A stretch of DNA of 64,000 bases, taken from positions 1 through 64,000 of the IMG/VR virus record IMGVR_UViG_3300037247_000847; one strand, 5' to 3'. Shown in pieces: positions 51,701 to 62,695 of this stretch. Origin of the DNA: a virus. Position numbers and translations under genes: made by a program. The notes beneath the pieces were generated by a model. It made no database searches. It worked only from the letters and a program-made list of their open reading frames with translations, and was not told the origin of the DNA. Each line of letters begins with the position of its first letter. Positions within the stretch are counted from its first letter, which is position 1.

Positions 51701-54700
51701 ATGACGAAAATAGATCCCCTCCAAGCCTCATTTAATGCTGGGGAACTGAGCCCACGTCTGCATGCTAGAACAGATTTTGTCAAATACCCATCTGGATTAG
51801 AAGAGTGTCAAAATCTTATTCCTCTACCTGAAGGTGGTTTAACCCGTAGGCCAGGCACACGATTTGTTGCTGAAGTAGCAGACTCTGCCGTAAAAGGTCG
51901 ACTGTTCGGTTTTGAGGCAACTGCAGAGCAACATCACGTATTAGAGTTAGGTGAGAACAAAATACGGTTTTATTTTCGTCAGGGTCAACAGGTTGTCTTA
52001 GATACCGATGCAGTGATTACTAACGGACTGTTTCCGTCAGATATATCTGATTGGGATGATCGCTCGACTGGTGGTGCTGGTAATCAGATAAGTCACGATG
52101 CTACGAACGATCGTCTGACATTGGAGACTAGTGGTGTAGCAGCAGATGATATAGGCTGGGCGGAGCAGGATGTTACTACTACAGATACTGACCAAGAACA
52201 TGTTATAAAATTTGAGGTAATTGGTGATCCAGGTGATAAGATTGAGTTTCAAGTTGGAACTACTTCAACTGGGTCAGAGACACTTGGTCCTGTAGAGAAA
52301 TTGGTGGGATTCCATTGTGTTGCCTTTACTCCTACAACGTCACCGTTCTACATTCAATTCCGTAATCTCGGTAGTAATGCTGATAAAGACATTCAAATTG
52401 ATAACGTGTCTATCATTGATAATTCAGCATTAGAAATAGACTCCCCTTATGTAGAGTTGCAACTTTTTCAGATAATGGGTGCACAGTCCAATGATGTTAA
52501 ATATCTTTTCCGTTCTGGTGTAGCACCTTATAAATTAGAGCGACGTGAGCTTGCCTCCTGGTCTCTGATTAGGGTTGCTTGGCAGGATGGTCCATATATT
52601 ACGCAAAATACTACAGCAACTACCCTAACTCCAGCAGCTACTAGTGGAGTTGCAGTTACGATAACAGCTTCCTCTATTGTAGGTATTAATGATGGCCTAG
52701 GTTTTTTATCAACAGATGTAGGTCGACTCGTACGAATTGATAACGGTGCATTTTGGGGATGGGGTATAATTGTTACTTTCACAAGCACCACAAGCGTTGA
52801 TATTCATGTAAAGAAAGACTTTGCAGATACTATCGCAACTGTTGATTGGAGATTAGGCGCGTGGTCAGATACTACTGGGTGGCCAAAGACAGGTGGATTT
52901 TTTGAGCAGCGTTTATATGTAGCAAGTACTGATGATCAATCACAAACCTTATGGGGCTCTCAAACTGGAGACTTTGAAAATTTCAAACCAGATGATGATA
53001 CTGGTACAATAGAAGCTGATGACGCTCTTAACTTTACCCTCTCAGCTGATAGTGTCAATGAGATTCGCTGGATGTCAGCTGGAGAAGACACTCTAGCTAT
53101 CGGTACTACAGGTGGGGAATGGGTACCATCAGCAAGTGGTATTGTTATAACACCTTTGGATATTACTATTCGTCGACAGACTACACATGGATCAGCTTTG
53201 ATTGCTCCACTTAGAATTGATCACGTAGTCTTGTTCGTACAAAGGGCCAGGCGCAAAATTCGTGAGTTCGTATTCAACTTTGAGATCGATAGTTTTCTAG
53301 CACCTGATCTTACTAGGTTAGCTCAGCATATTACTGCTCCTAGTATAAATGAAATGGCTTTCCAGCAAGAGCCAGATAGTCTAGTATGGATAATACGCTC
53401 AGACGGAGTAATGGCATCTCTAACTTTTAGAAGAGATGAAGACGTTGTTGGTTGGGCGAGGCATGTTATAGGTGGTTCGGGATCCACAGGTGCGGAAGGG
53501 AGTTTTGAGATTACTGGAGGCTCGGTGGGCGCAAGTAATCAGATAACATCCATCACGGTTGCAGGGGAAGAAATTCTTGCCGCGCCAGCCACTTGGGCGG
53601 AGAGCAACGAAGTCACCGCCGAATGGATCAAGACCATTGTTGGTACGTTCATCAAGTTACCACCGGGGCCTGACGTTAATTCCTTCAATCCGGTCGAGAA
53701 CAATTTTCAATCGGGCATGGCCTTCTCCTCTGATGGCACGAAGATGTACCTTAACGTGGGGGCCAATAACGAAATCAGTCAGTATTCTCTTTCCACCCCC
53801 AGGGACATAACAACGGCAACTCTTGATGCCGAGACCTTTGATTACAGCACCGGCGTAGCGTGGGAATCGGAAACCCTCGCCGGTGGTGATGGTACGTCAC
53901 AATTCGGGTTTGGTGATCCAATCGGCATCACGTTTTCTCCAGATGGCCAAACGCTTTGGTTCTGTGACAATACATACAAAACCATATACAAAGTCGCGCT
54001 GGCTACCGCCTGGGATATATCAACCGGGACGCATACCTACGGGCAAAGGTGGCGTGTTCCTAGCGGTCGCCGGCCGCAGAGTGTGGATTTCAATAACGAT
54101 GGCACCAAGATATATGTCTTTGATGACAACACCGTAATTCGCGAATACAATCTTTCCTCCGCGTATAATATCCAAGGTGGCGCTTACGGCGGTGTTGAAT
54201 TTGATCCGGAGGATCAAGTTACTATTGCTGGGGAGGTGAGTTCGGTTTTCCATCCTAATGGATATCAATTCTTTGTTCTCGGCGTTAATGACGGAACAAT
54301 CTATCAATACTCTATGCGAACGCAGTGGGATTTATCCACGGCAATTTACGATGTTAGAACTTTTGTTCCCGGCAGCGTCCAGCCCCAACCAAAGGTGATG
54401 GCCATCAGCCCCGATGGTGGAATAATTTATGTGGCTAGCATTAATAACAGTGCTATTGTTACCCAGTATTCATTCATCACAGCACTCTACGTCGTGAACG
54501 TGATTGGTAGCACGGTGACTATATCTACGGTCAGTGGTTTCACAGGTGCAGGTTCGGAAGTCGTGATTATAACGACTGGAGATATGACGGTTGATAGTAG
54601 TTCTTTTTCCTTGGTCTCGACTGGTATCTCGCTGTCGAACTCGGTCATAACTATCTCTGGTAACGATGATCCAGGCCAGGTGCAAAACTCGGAAGATCGT

Positions 54701-55324
54701 AATGAGGTTTGGATTTTGATCGAGAGAACCATAAATGGTGAAACCAAGCGGTACGTGGAGTTTTTTGAGGGTTATTATGATAATCTTCTACACGACCAAG
54801 AGGATGCCTACTATGCAGACTCTATCATTACTTACGATGGGTTATCAACCAATATTATTACTGGTCTTAATCATCTTGAGGGTGAGACCGTAAAAGTTTG
54901 GGGTGATGGAGCTATTTTACCAGATGTAGTAGTATCTAATGGACAGGTAACTCTATCAACTGCTGTAAAGGTTGCACAAATTGGATTGGCATATACACAT
55001 CGTCTTAAAACTTTGAAAGTAGAAGGTGGGAATCCTGCTGGAACTGCTATGGGTAAGAAAAAGCGTATTAATAGTATAACTTTCGTCCTACAGAATAGTC
55101 ATACTCTTACCTTTGGTCCTGACGACAATAATCTCTTCGAGACAGATTTCAGACTGGTTAGTGATCCTATGGACGCTGGGGTACCTTTGTTTACTGGTGA
55201 ACAATTTAGGGGATTTGATGGTGGTCTGGCTACTGATACACGGATTATTGTGGAATCAGACGATCCAGCACCTTTCACACTTCTTGCAATGATACCGGAA
55301 ATAAAAGTTAATCCTTCTAAATAG
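51701..55324 (+). CDS. tail tubular protein B (nozzle) with inserted domains
   Basis: SFNAGELSP, RRPGT.FV, GWP...FFEQRL, GSQTGDFENF, VVGWARH, LNHLEGETV, IGLAY. Confidence 0.9.
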   Translation: MTKIDPLQASFNAGELSPRLHARTDFVKYPSGLEECQNLIPLPEGGLTRRPGTRFVAEVADSAVKGRLFGFEATAEQHHVLELGENKIRFYFRQGQQVVLDTDAVITNGLFPSDISDWDDRSTGGAGNQISHDATNDRLTLETSGVAADDIGWAEQDVTTTDTDQEHVIKFEVIGDPGDKIEFQVGTTSTGSETLGPVEKLVGFHCVAFTPTTSPFYIQFRNLGSNADKDIQIDNVSIIDNSALEIDSPYVELQLFQIMGAQSNDVKYLFRSGVAPYKLERRELASWSLIRVAWQDGPYITQNTTATTLTPAATSGVAVTITASSIVGINDGLGFLSTDVGRLVRIDNGAFWGWGIIVTFTSTTSVDIHVKKDFADTIATVDWRLGAWSDTTGWPKTGGFFEQRLYVASTDDQSQTLWGSQTGDFENFKPDDDTGTIEADDALNFTLSADSVNEIRWMSAGEDTLAIGTTGGEWVPSASGIVITPLDITIRRQTTHGSALIAPLRIDHVVLFVQRARRKIREFVFNFEIDSFLAPDLTRLAQHITAPSINEMAFQQEPDSLVWIIRSDGVMASLTFRRDEDVVGWARHVIGGSGSTGAEGSFEITGGSVGASNQITSITVAGEEILAAPATWAESNEVTAEWIKTIVGTFIKLPPGPDVNSFNPVENNFQSGMAFSSDGTKMYLNVGANNEISQYSLSTPRDITTATLDAETFDYSTGVAWESETLAGGDGTSQFGFGDPIGITFSPDGQTLWFCDNTYKTIYKVALATAWDISTGTHTYGQRWRVPSGRRPQSVDFNNDGTKIYVFDDNTVIREYNLSSAYNIQGGAYGGVEFDPEDQVTIAGEVSSVFHPNGYQFFVLGVNDGTIYQYSMRTQWDLSTAIYDVRTFVPGSVQPQPKVMAISPDGGIIYVASINNSAIVTQYSFITALYVVNVIGSTVTISTVSGFTGAGSEVVIITTGDMTVDSSSFSLVSTGISLSNSVITISGNDDPGQVQNSEDRNEVWILIERTINGETKRYVEFFEGYYDNLLHDQEDAYYADSIITYDGLSTNIITGLNHLEGETVKVWGDGAILPDVVVSNGQVTLSTAVKVAQIGLAYTHRLKTLKVEGGNPAGTAMGKKKRINSITFVLQNSHTLTFGPDDNNLFETDFRLVSDPMDAGVPLFTGEQFRGFDGGLATDTRIIVESDDPAPFTLLAMIPEIKVNPSK

Positions 55325-55339
55325 GGTGGAGAAATCTGA

Positions 55340-56689
55340 ATGACCTTAACAGCAGGAAACCGTGTTCGATATAATGGTGATGACGTCACCATTTCTTTCC
55401 CTATTACGTTCGTCTTTTGGAAACCTGATGACCCACAAGCCACACTGGCCGACGTCGATGGTGTAGAAACGACTTGGATTAGGGGTACACATTATACCAT
55501 ATCAGGTGGCTCAGGATCGTCTGGTACGTTAACGGTTATTACCTTACCAACCGATTACACTCCTGCTACGGGTGAAACGCTTACAATCAAATCTGATCTT
55601 GCTAATACACAACCTAGTAAATTTCCGTTAGGTGGACCTTTTCCGTCTGTCGCTGTGGAACTACAGCTTGACCAAATCGTCCGTCAAATACAGCAAATAT
55701 CCGAGGAGATTAGTCGCTCTATTCAGCTCAAGATTTCTTCTTCAGAGAGTGATATTTTCATTGATGATCTCTTAGGTAATGCCGCCAAGTTCCTTCGGGT
55801 TAAAACCGCCGAAGAAGGGATTGAGCTCGCTGCAGTCGTACCAAGTGGTTCGATTGGTGTTCCAGTAGCAGTTAATGAGGGTGGCACAGCTGCCACCACC
55901 GCAGCGATTGCGTTGACTAATCTAGGGGCGGCTGGGACAGGTATTACCAACACCTTTATCAAAAACCAAGTATGGAATAAGGGTGCCGATTTGACTAGTG
56001 CCACCCCATTGGTGCTTGGATCGGATGGCAATTTCTGGGATGTAGCTGGCACGATTGGGTTCTCTCAAATCACATGTACGGCTGGCACTCTGTTCATGTT
56101 ACAGTTCGACGACGCGCTTATCATGACTGATGGTGCGAATCTCGATTTAGGTGGGACTAATATTACTACGGCGACCGGGGACCGGGGGTTGTTCTTCGCC
56201 ATCGCGGCCGATACGGCGATACTGCTTACCTTCAAGCACGAATCGCAGCGGCGGGTCATTAACAGCCACGCCAAAATCGGAGCTACGGCAGGCTGGGCAG
56301 TCAATACCACAGACGATATTGGGTTGCTTGCGACCTGTCCAGCTTCGCAGACGAATTCTACGCTGGTCGTGCCGGTATCAGGTCTCAAGGTAGGGGATAA
56401 GATCACCTCATTCAGTATTGTAGGTCAGATCGAGAGTGGTGGTAATGCGGTGACTCTCGATGCTAATCTGCGCAAGATGACCGCTGCCACATCAGATGTG
56501 ACTGATGCTTCGGTGGGTTCAATTACACAGATTTCTGTCACGGCGGATGCTATTATAAGCGCCGAAAAAACTGGACTTACAGAAGTTGTGGGGGCTAACG
56601 AGACTTTTTACATTTTACTTACTGCCACTACTCTAGGTTCGACTGATATCGCACTGCAAGGTGCTACCATCACGGTTTCCGAGGGATAA
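55340..56689 (+). CDS. tail fibre/spike with T7 gp17-like attachment domain
   Basis: YNGDDVTISFP.TF N-terminus, E.QLD....QQ, VAVNEGGTAATTA..A..NLG. Confidence 0.8.
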   Translation: MTLTAGNRVRYNGDDVTISFPITFVFWKPDDPQATLADVDGVETTWIRGTHYTISGGSGSSGTLTVITLPTDYTPATGETLTIKSDLANTQPSKFPLGGPFPSVAVELQLDQIVRQIQQISEEISRSIQLKISSSESDIFIDDLLGNAAKFLRVKTAEEGIELAAVVPSGSIGVPVAVNEGGTAATTAAIALTNLGAAGTGITNTFIKNQVWNKGADLTSATPLVLGSDGNFWDVAGTIGFSQITCTAGTLFMLQFDDALIMTDGANLDLGGTNITTATGDRGLFFAIAADTAILLTFKHESQRRVINSHAKIGATAGWAVNTTDDIGLLATCPASQTNSTLVVPVSGLKVGDKITSFSIVGQIESGGNAVTLDANLRKMTAATSDVTDASVGSITQISVTADAIISAEKTGLTEVVGANETFYILLTATTLGSTDIALQGATITVSEG

Positions 56690-56743
56690 TGTAGTGATAA
56701 ATATACGTAAAGTAGTTACATCTTATAGGGGGGTTATATCACT

Positions 56744-57262
56744 ATGTCGTTAGCAAGTGTAATTTCTGGTGTATCTACGTTAGTTTCTGTTGTAGGATCT
56801 ATTGTTAAAGGTAATGCAGCAGCTAAACGAGTTAAAGCAGAGGCTGAAGCAGGAGCTAGACAAAGTGAGGCACAAGCTGCAGCCGATCGTGAGCAGGCCG
56901 CGCGTGAAAGAGAGGTAGCAGCGCAACAAGAAGGAGATTTTCGTTCAAGACAACGTTTTGCTGCTGGTGCTATAAGAGCAGCGGTTGGTGCGCGTGGTGT
57001 TATGACTGACGTAGGTTCTATCTTACTAACGGCGGAAGATTTTGCTAGGCAGTCTGAAATTCAAGCCCTGCGTATTCGTGAGGGTGGTGAAGTTAGATCT
57101 TCAAGACTAGAACAACAAGCTGATCTCTTAACTAGCCAGGCTGGCTCCATACGCTCGTTAGGTAGTTCGAGGGCTTCTGCGGCTCGTACCGCTGGATTTT
57201 TTGGGGCTGGAACTAGTCTCCTAAGCGGTGGTTTCCGTACAGCTAGGATCTTGCAGGAATAA
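56744..57262 (+). CDS. internal virion (ejection) protein, gp14-like
   Basis: Hydrophobic N- and C-termini flanking an Ala/Gln/Arg coiled coil; gene order. Confidence 0.7.
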   Translation: MSLASVISGVSTLVSVVGSIVKGNAAAKRVKAEAEAGARQSEAQAAADREQAAREREVAAQQEGDFRSRQRFAAGAIRAAVGARGVMTDVGSILLTAEDFARQSEIQALRIREGGEVRSSRLEQQADLLTSQAGSIRSLGSSRASAARTAGFFGAGTSLLSGGFRTARILQE

Positions 57263-57289
57263 TAAACTCTAATAGAAGAGGATAATATT

Positions 57290-60200
57290 GTGGTTAGGAT
57301 CGCTCCTTCAGGTGGCAGAACTCGTAGAAAAGGTGGAGCCATCTCATTAGCAGGTGCTGACGTACCCATTGTAACACCTGCTCGAGACCCTGGGCTAAAC
57401 GTTCCCCTTATTCCAATCCCAGGAGGTGAAATGGGGGGTGTTATAGGGGAGGGACTTCAGTCTTTAGGGAATGTACTTGATCAGGGTGCTAATCTAGCTT
57501 TACAGGTGGTTCAACGCGATGAGGGTCTAGCTAGAGACGCTGACGAGACTTCATATTCTGACACATTGCAGGATACAATTAGGGATCTTCAGAAAACAGC
57601 TGATCTTTCAGACAGCGCACTGGTAGAAGCTGCTGGTGAAAAGATGTTTCAGGAGAAGATGCGTATCCTAAGTGAGCACAAGGGTGGGAAAATAAGTAGC
57701 ACTCTACTCGATAATCGCCTAACAAAAATGCATAATCGTTTCGCTGACACACTTGCAGTAATAAATATTAATGCAGCTGATACCCGTTTGAACCTGGCTG
57801 TTGATAGGAAAATATCATCTATTGCTAGAGATGTACTCACTGATCCTGATGTACTTATGTCAGAAGATCCGTTAGAGTCTTTTCGTTTCCATACAGGTCA
57901 GCTTGAAGAGGAAATAGATTTCCTTGAGCTTAGACCAGATCAAGCTCGTATAGTAAGACAGGTTGGGAGGTCTGAGATTGCTTTGTCAATGATTACACCC
58001 CTTATCAAAAATGGTCAATTTGAGCGAGCTAAGGTGCTGCTACGAAGTGATGAGATAGCAGAGGTATTGTCACCTGGGCAGCATCGCGACGCAATACAGA
58101 GAGTAATTGATGCAGAAAGAAAATCAGTTGAGGTGAAAAACGAAGGACAGGAGTTTCTTAATACAGCTAGGACTATTCTTGGTCCAACTGCTACTGACGA
58201 TGACGTTCGTGATGCAGCTGCACAGATGGCAGGTATGGAACAAGATGGGGGATTTAAGATAGTAGATGTGGGGGGAGGTAAAGTTGTTGCTGTAAATGAA
58301 GATACTTTAGAAGTTCAGACACTTGTTTCAGGTCCAACTGAAGACGAGAAAGTTGCGCTAGAGAGTCGATTAGAGAATGCCAGACTTATAGCAAGAAAAG
58401 ATGTCATGAGTAGTATGGCTGTAGACGCTGGACTTGGTCAGCTGTTTGGAGTAGCACCAACTGAACCTGTTAGTGGTGAAGGAGAAAAATCTAAACCTGC
58501 TGCACCCACTGCAACTGAGAAAGAGGGTGCACCTGCTGGACCAGAAGTGGTACCACCATTATCCGAGGAGGCTGTTTCTACCCCATTTGGTCCTGAAGAG
58601 GAGCCAGCTAGTAGTGATATGCAATCGGTATTAGGCCTAATGGCTCTTTCACGGAGATTTTTCCTTATTGGTGATAATGTATCAGCAAATGGTTTGCTGA
58701 GTCAGGCTCGTATGATCGTAGATAACAGTCGTGAAATACAAGAACAGAGGGAGCTAGACAAACCAATTACAAATGTGGAAATGCTTAGAGAGCTGGGTCT
58801 ACCACTTGGTGCAACAATGAGACAGGGTGCTGGTAGAATGCTACAATCTGCTGAGCAACTCCAGTCAGTTCGACAGAAGGGTGAGCGTATAACTCTTGAT
58901 GAGGCACGTGAATTTCAGGTACCTACAACTATTAATAGAGGTGAGTTAGAGGCTATCCAACGTGATCGAGAGAGATCAGGAGCAGGGTCGGCTGTTCCTC
59001 GTACTTTTGAGGAGAAAGCTCAGGCTGGATCTCTTGCTAGTGCACGTGGTAGGAATCAGGCGCAAGCGGAAGTACAAATGAGATTTGTGTTTGAGACTCA
59101 TCAGCAGGTTACTGATATATTAGAAGAGATAAAAGATGATCCAACTCTAGTGGGTACTGTTGGTGCTATGCGTGCTACAGGTCGTACAGCTCTTACCCTG
59201 TTAGCCGATCTCGGCTTTGATAATTTCGTAGATGCGGCTAGGGATATCGCATCTGACCAGTCCGATTTGGGGGCTGATGAGATATTTGATTTCTTCGATG
59301 ACCCTTTACTATCGGCTCTTGACCTTTTGTCTAATTCGATTGGTATAAATCGGGCTCGCTTACGTAATCCCATTGGTCGCGTACCTGTTGAGATTATTAA
59401 GAGGTCCATTAAGGATTCTGACCTAACAAAATTTGGTGGTTCCGAAAAGATTATTGATGTGTTGAATAGAGTTCTTAAGGACGAGCTAGGTCGTCGTAGG
59501 AATGTTCTTAAGAAGCAATTCCCAGGTATGTTTGATCCTTTCGAGGACGGGGGTGAAATTTCTGAGGAACAAGTTATCCCACCTGGCATTCCTGAGTTCC
59601 GTCTTGAGGGTGGTAAATTCGTTCCTGTAATTCCTGATGAAGCCTCAGGAGGTGGCTCCCCGGAGATCCCTTTTAAGGGTGAAGTGGAACAAGATGAGAT
59701 TGATAAAGCTCGTTTGGAAGCTGAAGAGCGTTTCCCCTTTATCAAGCAATTTAGTCAAGTGCAGGTTGCACCCTCAACCGTGCAGAATAAGGGAGGTTTG
59801 GGTGAATTTGTCGAGCCAGATAGCCCAGACAATCCTTTACCGGGTCAGTTTACTATTACTATTGGAGAGGGATCACGAGGCTTACAGGGTGGAGTAGCTG
59901 ATACGGTTGTCGCCGATATGGTACACGCTGCTGCTGAGTTCAGCCCTGAATTCCAATCTCTTAAGAAAAAGTTGGTTAAAAGTTTTAGTAAAAGTGAGTT
60001 GGAGCTTGCACGACGCAGATACAACGACGACTTTAAGGGAAAGTTTACTGGATCAAACTTTTCAACATTTGAAAATTTCCTGGAGAGTTTTTGGACGGAG
60101 GGCATGGTTCAGCATCTCTTATTGCCTGAAAATTCTGAAATTGGGTCTATCCAAAAAAATAATCCGAAGGCAGTTCCCATATTGAACGACATTGAAGCAT

Positions 60201-60778
60201 TGTTCAAGAGAGAGCCGGTTAGTCCTACAGATAGTTCGGGAGAAATTTCTGGTAGTGAAGGTGTAGATGAGTTACGAGGTGAAGCCCCCAACGCGTCTCT
60301 TGAAACGATCTTGGTCTCTAACGCCAGTGGCGAATCAACTGTTGACGAAACCGTGGCTGCGGTTGATCAACTATTTGGTGGTGGTGAATTTCTCAAGCGT
60401 GTGGCCAAGGTAGAAAGTAATTTTGGTGCTGATAAAGGTACCTTTAGAAAGAGGGGTGACCGGGGTATTTGGCAGCTCAATCAAAAGACAGGCTTCGAGG
60501 CAACTAAAGACGTCAAAGCACATCCTGGTCTTAAAAAGGCACATGAAAAAATTCGTGAGGAATTTGGGATCGACTGGAATGAGGTATCGTTCGAGGACTT
60601 AGGGAAGCCACTAATCTCCGCCCTTGCGGCGCGGTTGTTCCTGCTCACTATCCCTGAGAAAATCCCCGATACACTTGAAGGACAAGCTGTGTACTGGAAG
60701 AAGCACTATAATACGGTTAAAGGTAAAGGTACGACTAAGAAGTTTATCGAGGACAACTCAATCGAAGTTGAAGGGTAG
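57290..60778 (+). CDS. large internal virion (ejection) protein with C-terminal lysozyme-like domain
   Basis: Helical 1162 aa; C-terminal AKVES.FG...GIWQL...AARLF...YWKKHYNT. Confidence 0.7.
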   Translation: MVRIAPSGGRTRRKGGAISLAGADVPIVTPARDPGLNVPLIPIPGGEMGGVIGEGLQSLGNVLDQGANLALQVVQRDEGLARDADETSYSDTLQDTIRDLQKTADLSDSALVEAAGEKMFQEKMRILSEHKGGKISSTLLDNRLTKMHNRFADTLAVININAADTRLNLAVDRKISSIARDVLTDPDVLMSEDPLESFRFHTGQLEEEIDFLELRPDQARIVRQVGRSEIALSMITPLIKNGQFERAKVLLRSDEIAEVLSPGQHRDAIQRVIDAERKSVEVKNEGQEFLNTARTILGPTATDDDVRDAAAQMAGMEQDGGFKIVDVGGGKVVAVNEDTLEVQTLVSGPTEDEKVALESRLENARLIARKDVMSSMAVDAGLGQLFGVAPTEPVSGEGEKSKPAAPTATEKEGAPAGPEVVPPLSEEAVSTPFGPEEEPASSDMQSVLGLMALSRRFFLIGDNVSANGLLSQARMIVDNSREIQEQRELDKPITNVEMLRELGLPLGATMRQGAGRMLQSAEQLQSVRQKGERITLDEAREFQVPTTINRGELEAIQRDRERSGAGSAVPRTFEEKAQAGSLASARGRNQAQAEVQMRFVFETHQQVTDILEEIKDDPTLVGTVGAMRATGRTALTLLADLGFDNFVDAARDIASDQSDLGADEIFDFFDDPLLSALDLLSNSIGINRARLRNPIGRVPVEIIKRSIKDSDLTKFGGSEKIIDVLNRVLKDELGRRRNVLKKQFPGMFDPFEDGGEISEEQVIPPGIPEFRLEGGKFVPVIPDEASGGGSPEIPFKGEVEQDEIDKARLEAEERFPFIKQFSQVQVAPSTVQNKGGLGEFVEPDSPDNPLPGQFTITIGEGSRGLQGGVADTVVADMVHAAAEFSPEFQSLKKKLVKSFSKSELELARRRYNDDFKGKFTGSNFSTFENFLESFWTEGMVQHLLLPENSEIGSIQKNNPKAVPILNDIEALFKREPVSPTDSSGEISGSEGVDELRGEAPNASLETILVSNASGESTVDETVAAVDQLFGGGEFLKRVAKVESNFGADKGTFRKRGDRGIWQLNQKTGFEATKDVKAHPGLKKAHEKIREEFGIDWNEVSFEDLGKPLISALAARLFLLTIPEKIPDTLEGQAVYWKKHYNTVKGKGTTKKFIEDNSIEVEG

Positions 60779-60783
60779 ACGTC

Positions 60784-62649
60784 ATGGGTGAAATGTTAAT
60801 ACGGGATGAAGAAGGAAATGCTATTGGTATTTTCAATATTGAAGGTGATAGCCCTAATGAGGTGGAGACACAAGCTCTTATTGAGTTTATGGGGCGTTCT
60901 GAAGATGAAGGCGAAGAAGATCCTCTTCCTTTACCTACACGTACTGTTTCTAACATTAGGGGTGGTGGTCGTACTGGGGTCCTAAGTATTGTAGAGGGAT
61001 TAGAACCACCACCTGTTAATATTCCAGATCGTGAAGGACCTCTCGGTCTGATGCCACTTGAATCTAGAATGGGTGTTAGAAGGGGAGTTGAAGCGCAGCC
61101 AGGTCTCGTTCAGTTTGTTACCGAAATGACACCTAGTGCTTTAGGAACTGCTGGTGGTGCGACCCTAGGAGGAGTACTCACGGCTGGTAATCCTCTCGGG
61201 ATCATAGGTGGTGGTGTATTAGGAGGTTTTCTTGGTGAGCTTGCTGCTCAGGAGACTGGTATCGCTCCGACGAGTGAACTAAATCTATTACTTGCAGGTG
61301 GAGGTCCCTTAGGAGGCCCACTCGTGGGTGGAGTTCTAAAAGGGATTAAACGTGGGGCTGGCGCTGGGTTTACGAAGTTATTTCCTGCTGCTAGAGTAGC
61401 TAGAGCTCGTAATGTCATGGGTCGTGCTGTGAGTGAATTTGAAAGTATCGGTGCGACTATACTTAATAAAATATCAGGTGTATCTACTCTTCCTGCTAGT
61501 GAACTCTATAAGGCAACCGCTCGAGCAAAAATTCGTATCCCTGTTGACCAATTAAAGAGCACACGAGATGAGATTGCTGCACTAGTTAAAAGGCTCACTC
61601 CTTTATCTGCACTACCCGACGTAGGGCAGTCTCTAAAGGCTTTAGAGCAAGTTAGCGCGACTATGTTGAATAATCCTAAAGGGGTTCTTTTATCAGAGTT
61701 TATTGAAGCTCGTGGTTTTATTGGTGCTATTATTGGTAACTTGACAAAGAAAGGTGGAACCAAGTTAAATGTCTCTAAGAGAGTCTTTGCTAAAATGACT
61801 GACGATCTAGATAGGTTCGCTAAGAGTCCTTTCAGAAAGGGTCGTCAAGCACGTTTGGCTAAATCAGCTATTAAGAGAGCAAAACTAGAATTTGCTGTAG
61901 AGAGAATACAAGGAAAGGTAGCACAATTTACTCAACGAAACGTCAAGGGTATTCCACCAGATGATACAGTAGTTAATTTTAAGAGTTTATCGAAATGGCT
62001 TGATGATGTTACCAATCCAAAACATAAGGCAAAATTTGACAAGAACTTTACAGAATCGCTGAAAGAACTCCTACCTGAGTTAAAAAAGAGAATAGATGTG
62101 CTTGCCAAGATGAGTGCAACTGGTAGTCCAGCTGGTCCTGGTTCTATCGTAATTCGAGGACAATCAGCAAAGCTTGGTAGAGGACTCGTTGGTGGTGCAC
62201 TAGGTTTTCTAGGTACAGGAGGTTCTGCAGCAGGCGCCGCAATCGGTGGCTTAGCATTTGCTCAGCTTCCAGAGATGATGGTTGCAATGCTTGTAACTAA
62301 GCCAGGTGCTGCTTTCTTAGAAGCTGCTGCAAAAGCGGGTAAGGGTACTATTAATCATCGTGCTTGGCTTACGGCCTCAGAGATCGTGTTCCGTGTTCTT
62401 GGAGAAACTGGGGCGGGTAAAGGTGGTGTCCTTCGAGATGTCCTTGAGGATCTTGAGCCTTCTGCGGTTAAGAAGGGTGTATCCCCAAGAGGTGGGGGTC
62501 GAACAGGACCTTCGTCTAAATCCAAGGTCAAGACCAAAGCCAAAGCCAAAGAGACAGCTACTGGTGAAGTTACTATCGAGCCGAAGCGTACTCGTAAGCG
62601 TCTCTCGGAAGAGACAAAGGGTTTTTTGCGACCGCCAATCGCTAACTAA
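60784..62649 (+). CDS. internal virion (ejection) protein with Gly-rich membrane-type segments
   Basis: Glycine-zipper segments; gene order. Confidence 0.65.
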   Translation: MGEMLIRDEEGNAIGIFNIEGDSPNEVETQALIEFMGRSEDEGEEDPLPLPTRTVSNIRGGGRTGVLSIVEGLEPPPVNIPDREGPLGLMPLESRMGVRRGVEAQPGLVQFVTEMTPSALGTAGGATLGGVLTAGNPLGIIGGGVLGGFLGELAAQETGIAPTSELNLLLAGGGPLGGPLVGGVLKGIKRGAGAGFTKLFPAARVARARNVMGRAVSEFESIGATILNKISGVSTLPASELYKATARAKIRIPVDQLKSTRDEIAALVKRLTPLSALPDVGQSLKALEQVSATMLNNPKGVLLSEFIEARGFIGAIIGNLTKKGGTKLNVSKRVFAKMTDDLDRFAKSPFRKGRQARLAKSAIKRAKLEFAVERIQGKVAQFTQRNVKGIPPDDTVVNFKSLSKWLDDVTNPKHKAKFDKNFTESLKELLPELKKRIDVLAKMSATGSPAGPGSIVIRGQSAKLGRGLVGGALGFLGTGGSAAGAAIGGLAFAQLPEMMVAMLVTKPGAAFLEAAAKAGKGTINHRAWLTASEIVFRVLGETGAGKGGVLRDVLEDLEPSAVKKGVSPRGGGRTGPSSKSKVKTKAKAKETATGEVTIEPKRTRKRLSEETKGFLRPPIAN

Positions 62650-62695
62650 TTAGGTTCCTGTATTCATGTATATGAGGTTATACAGAAAATAGGAG

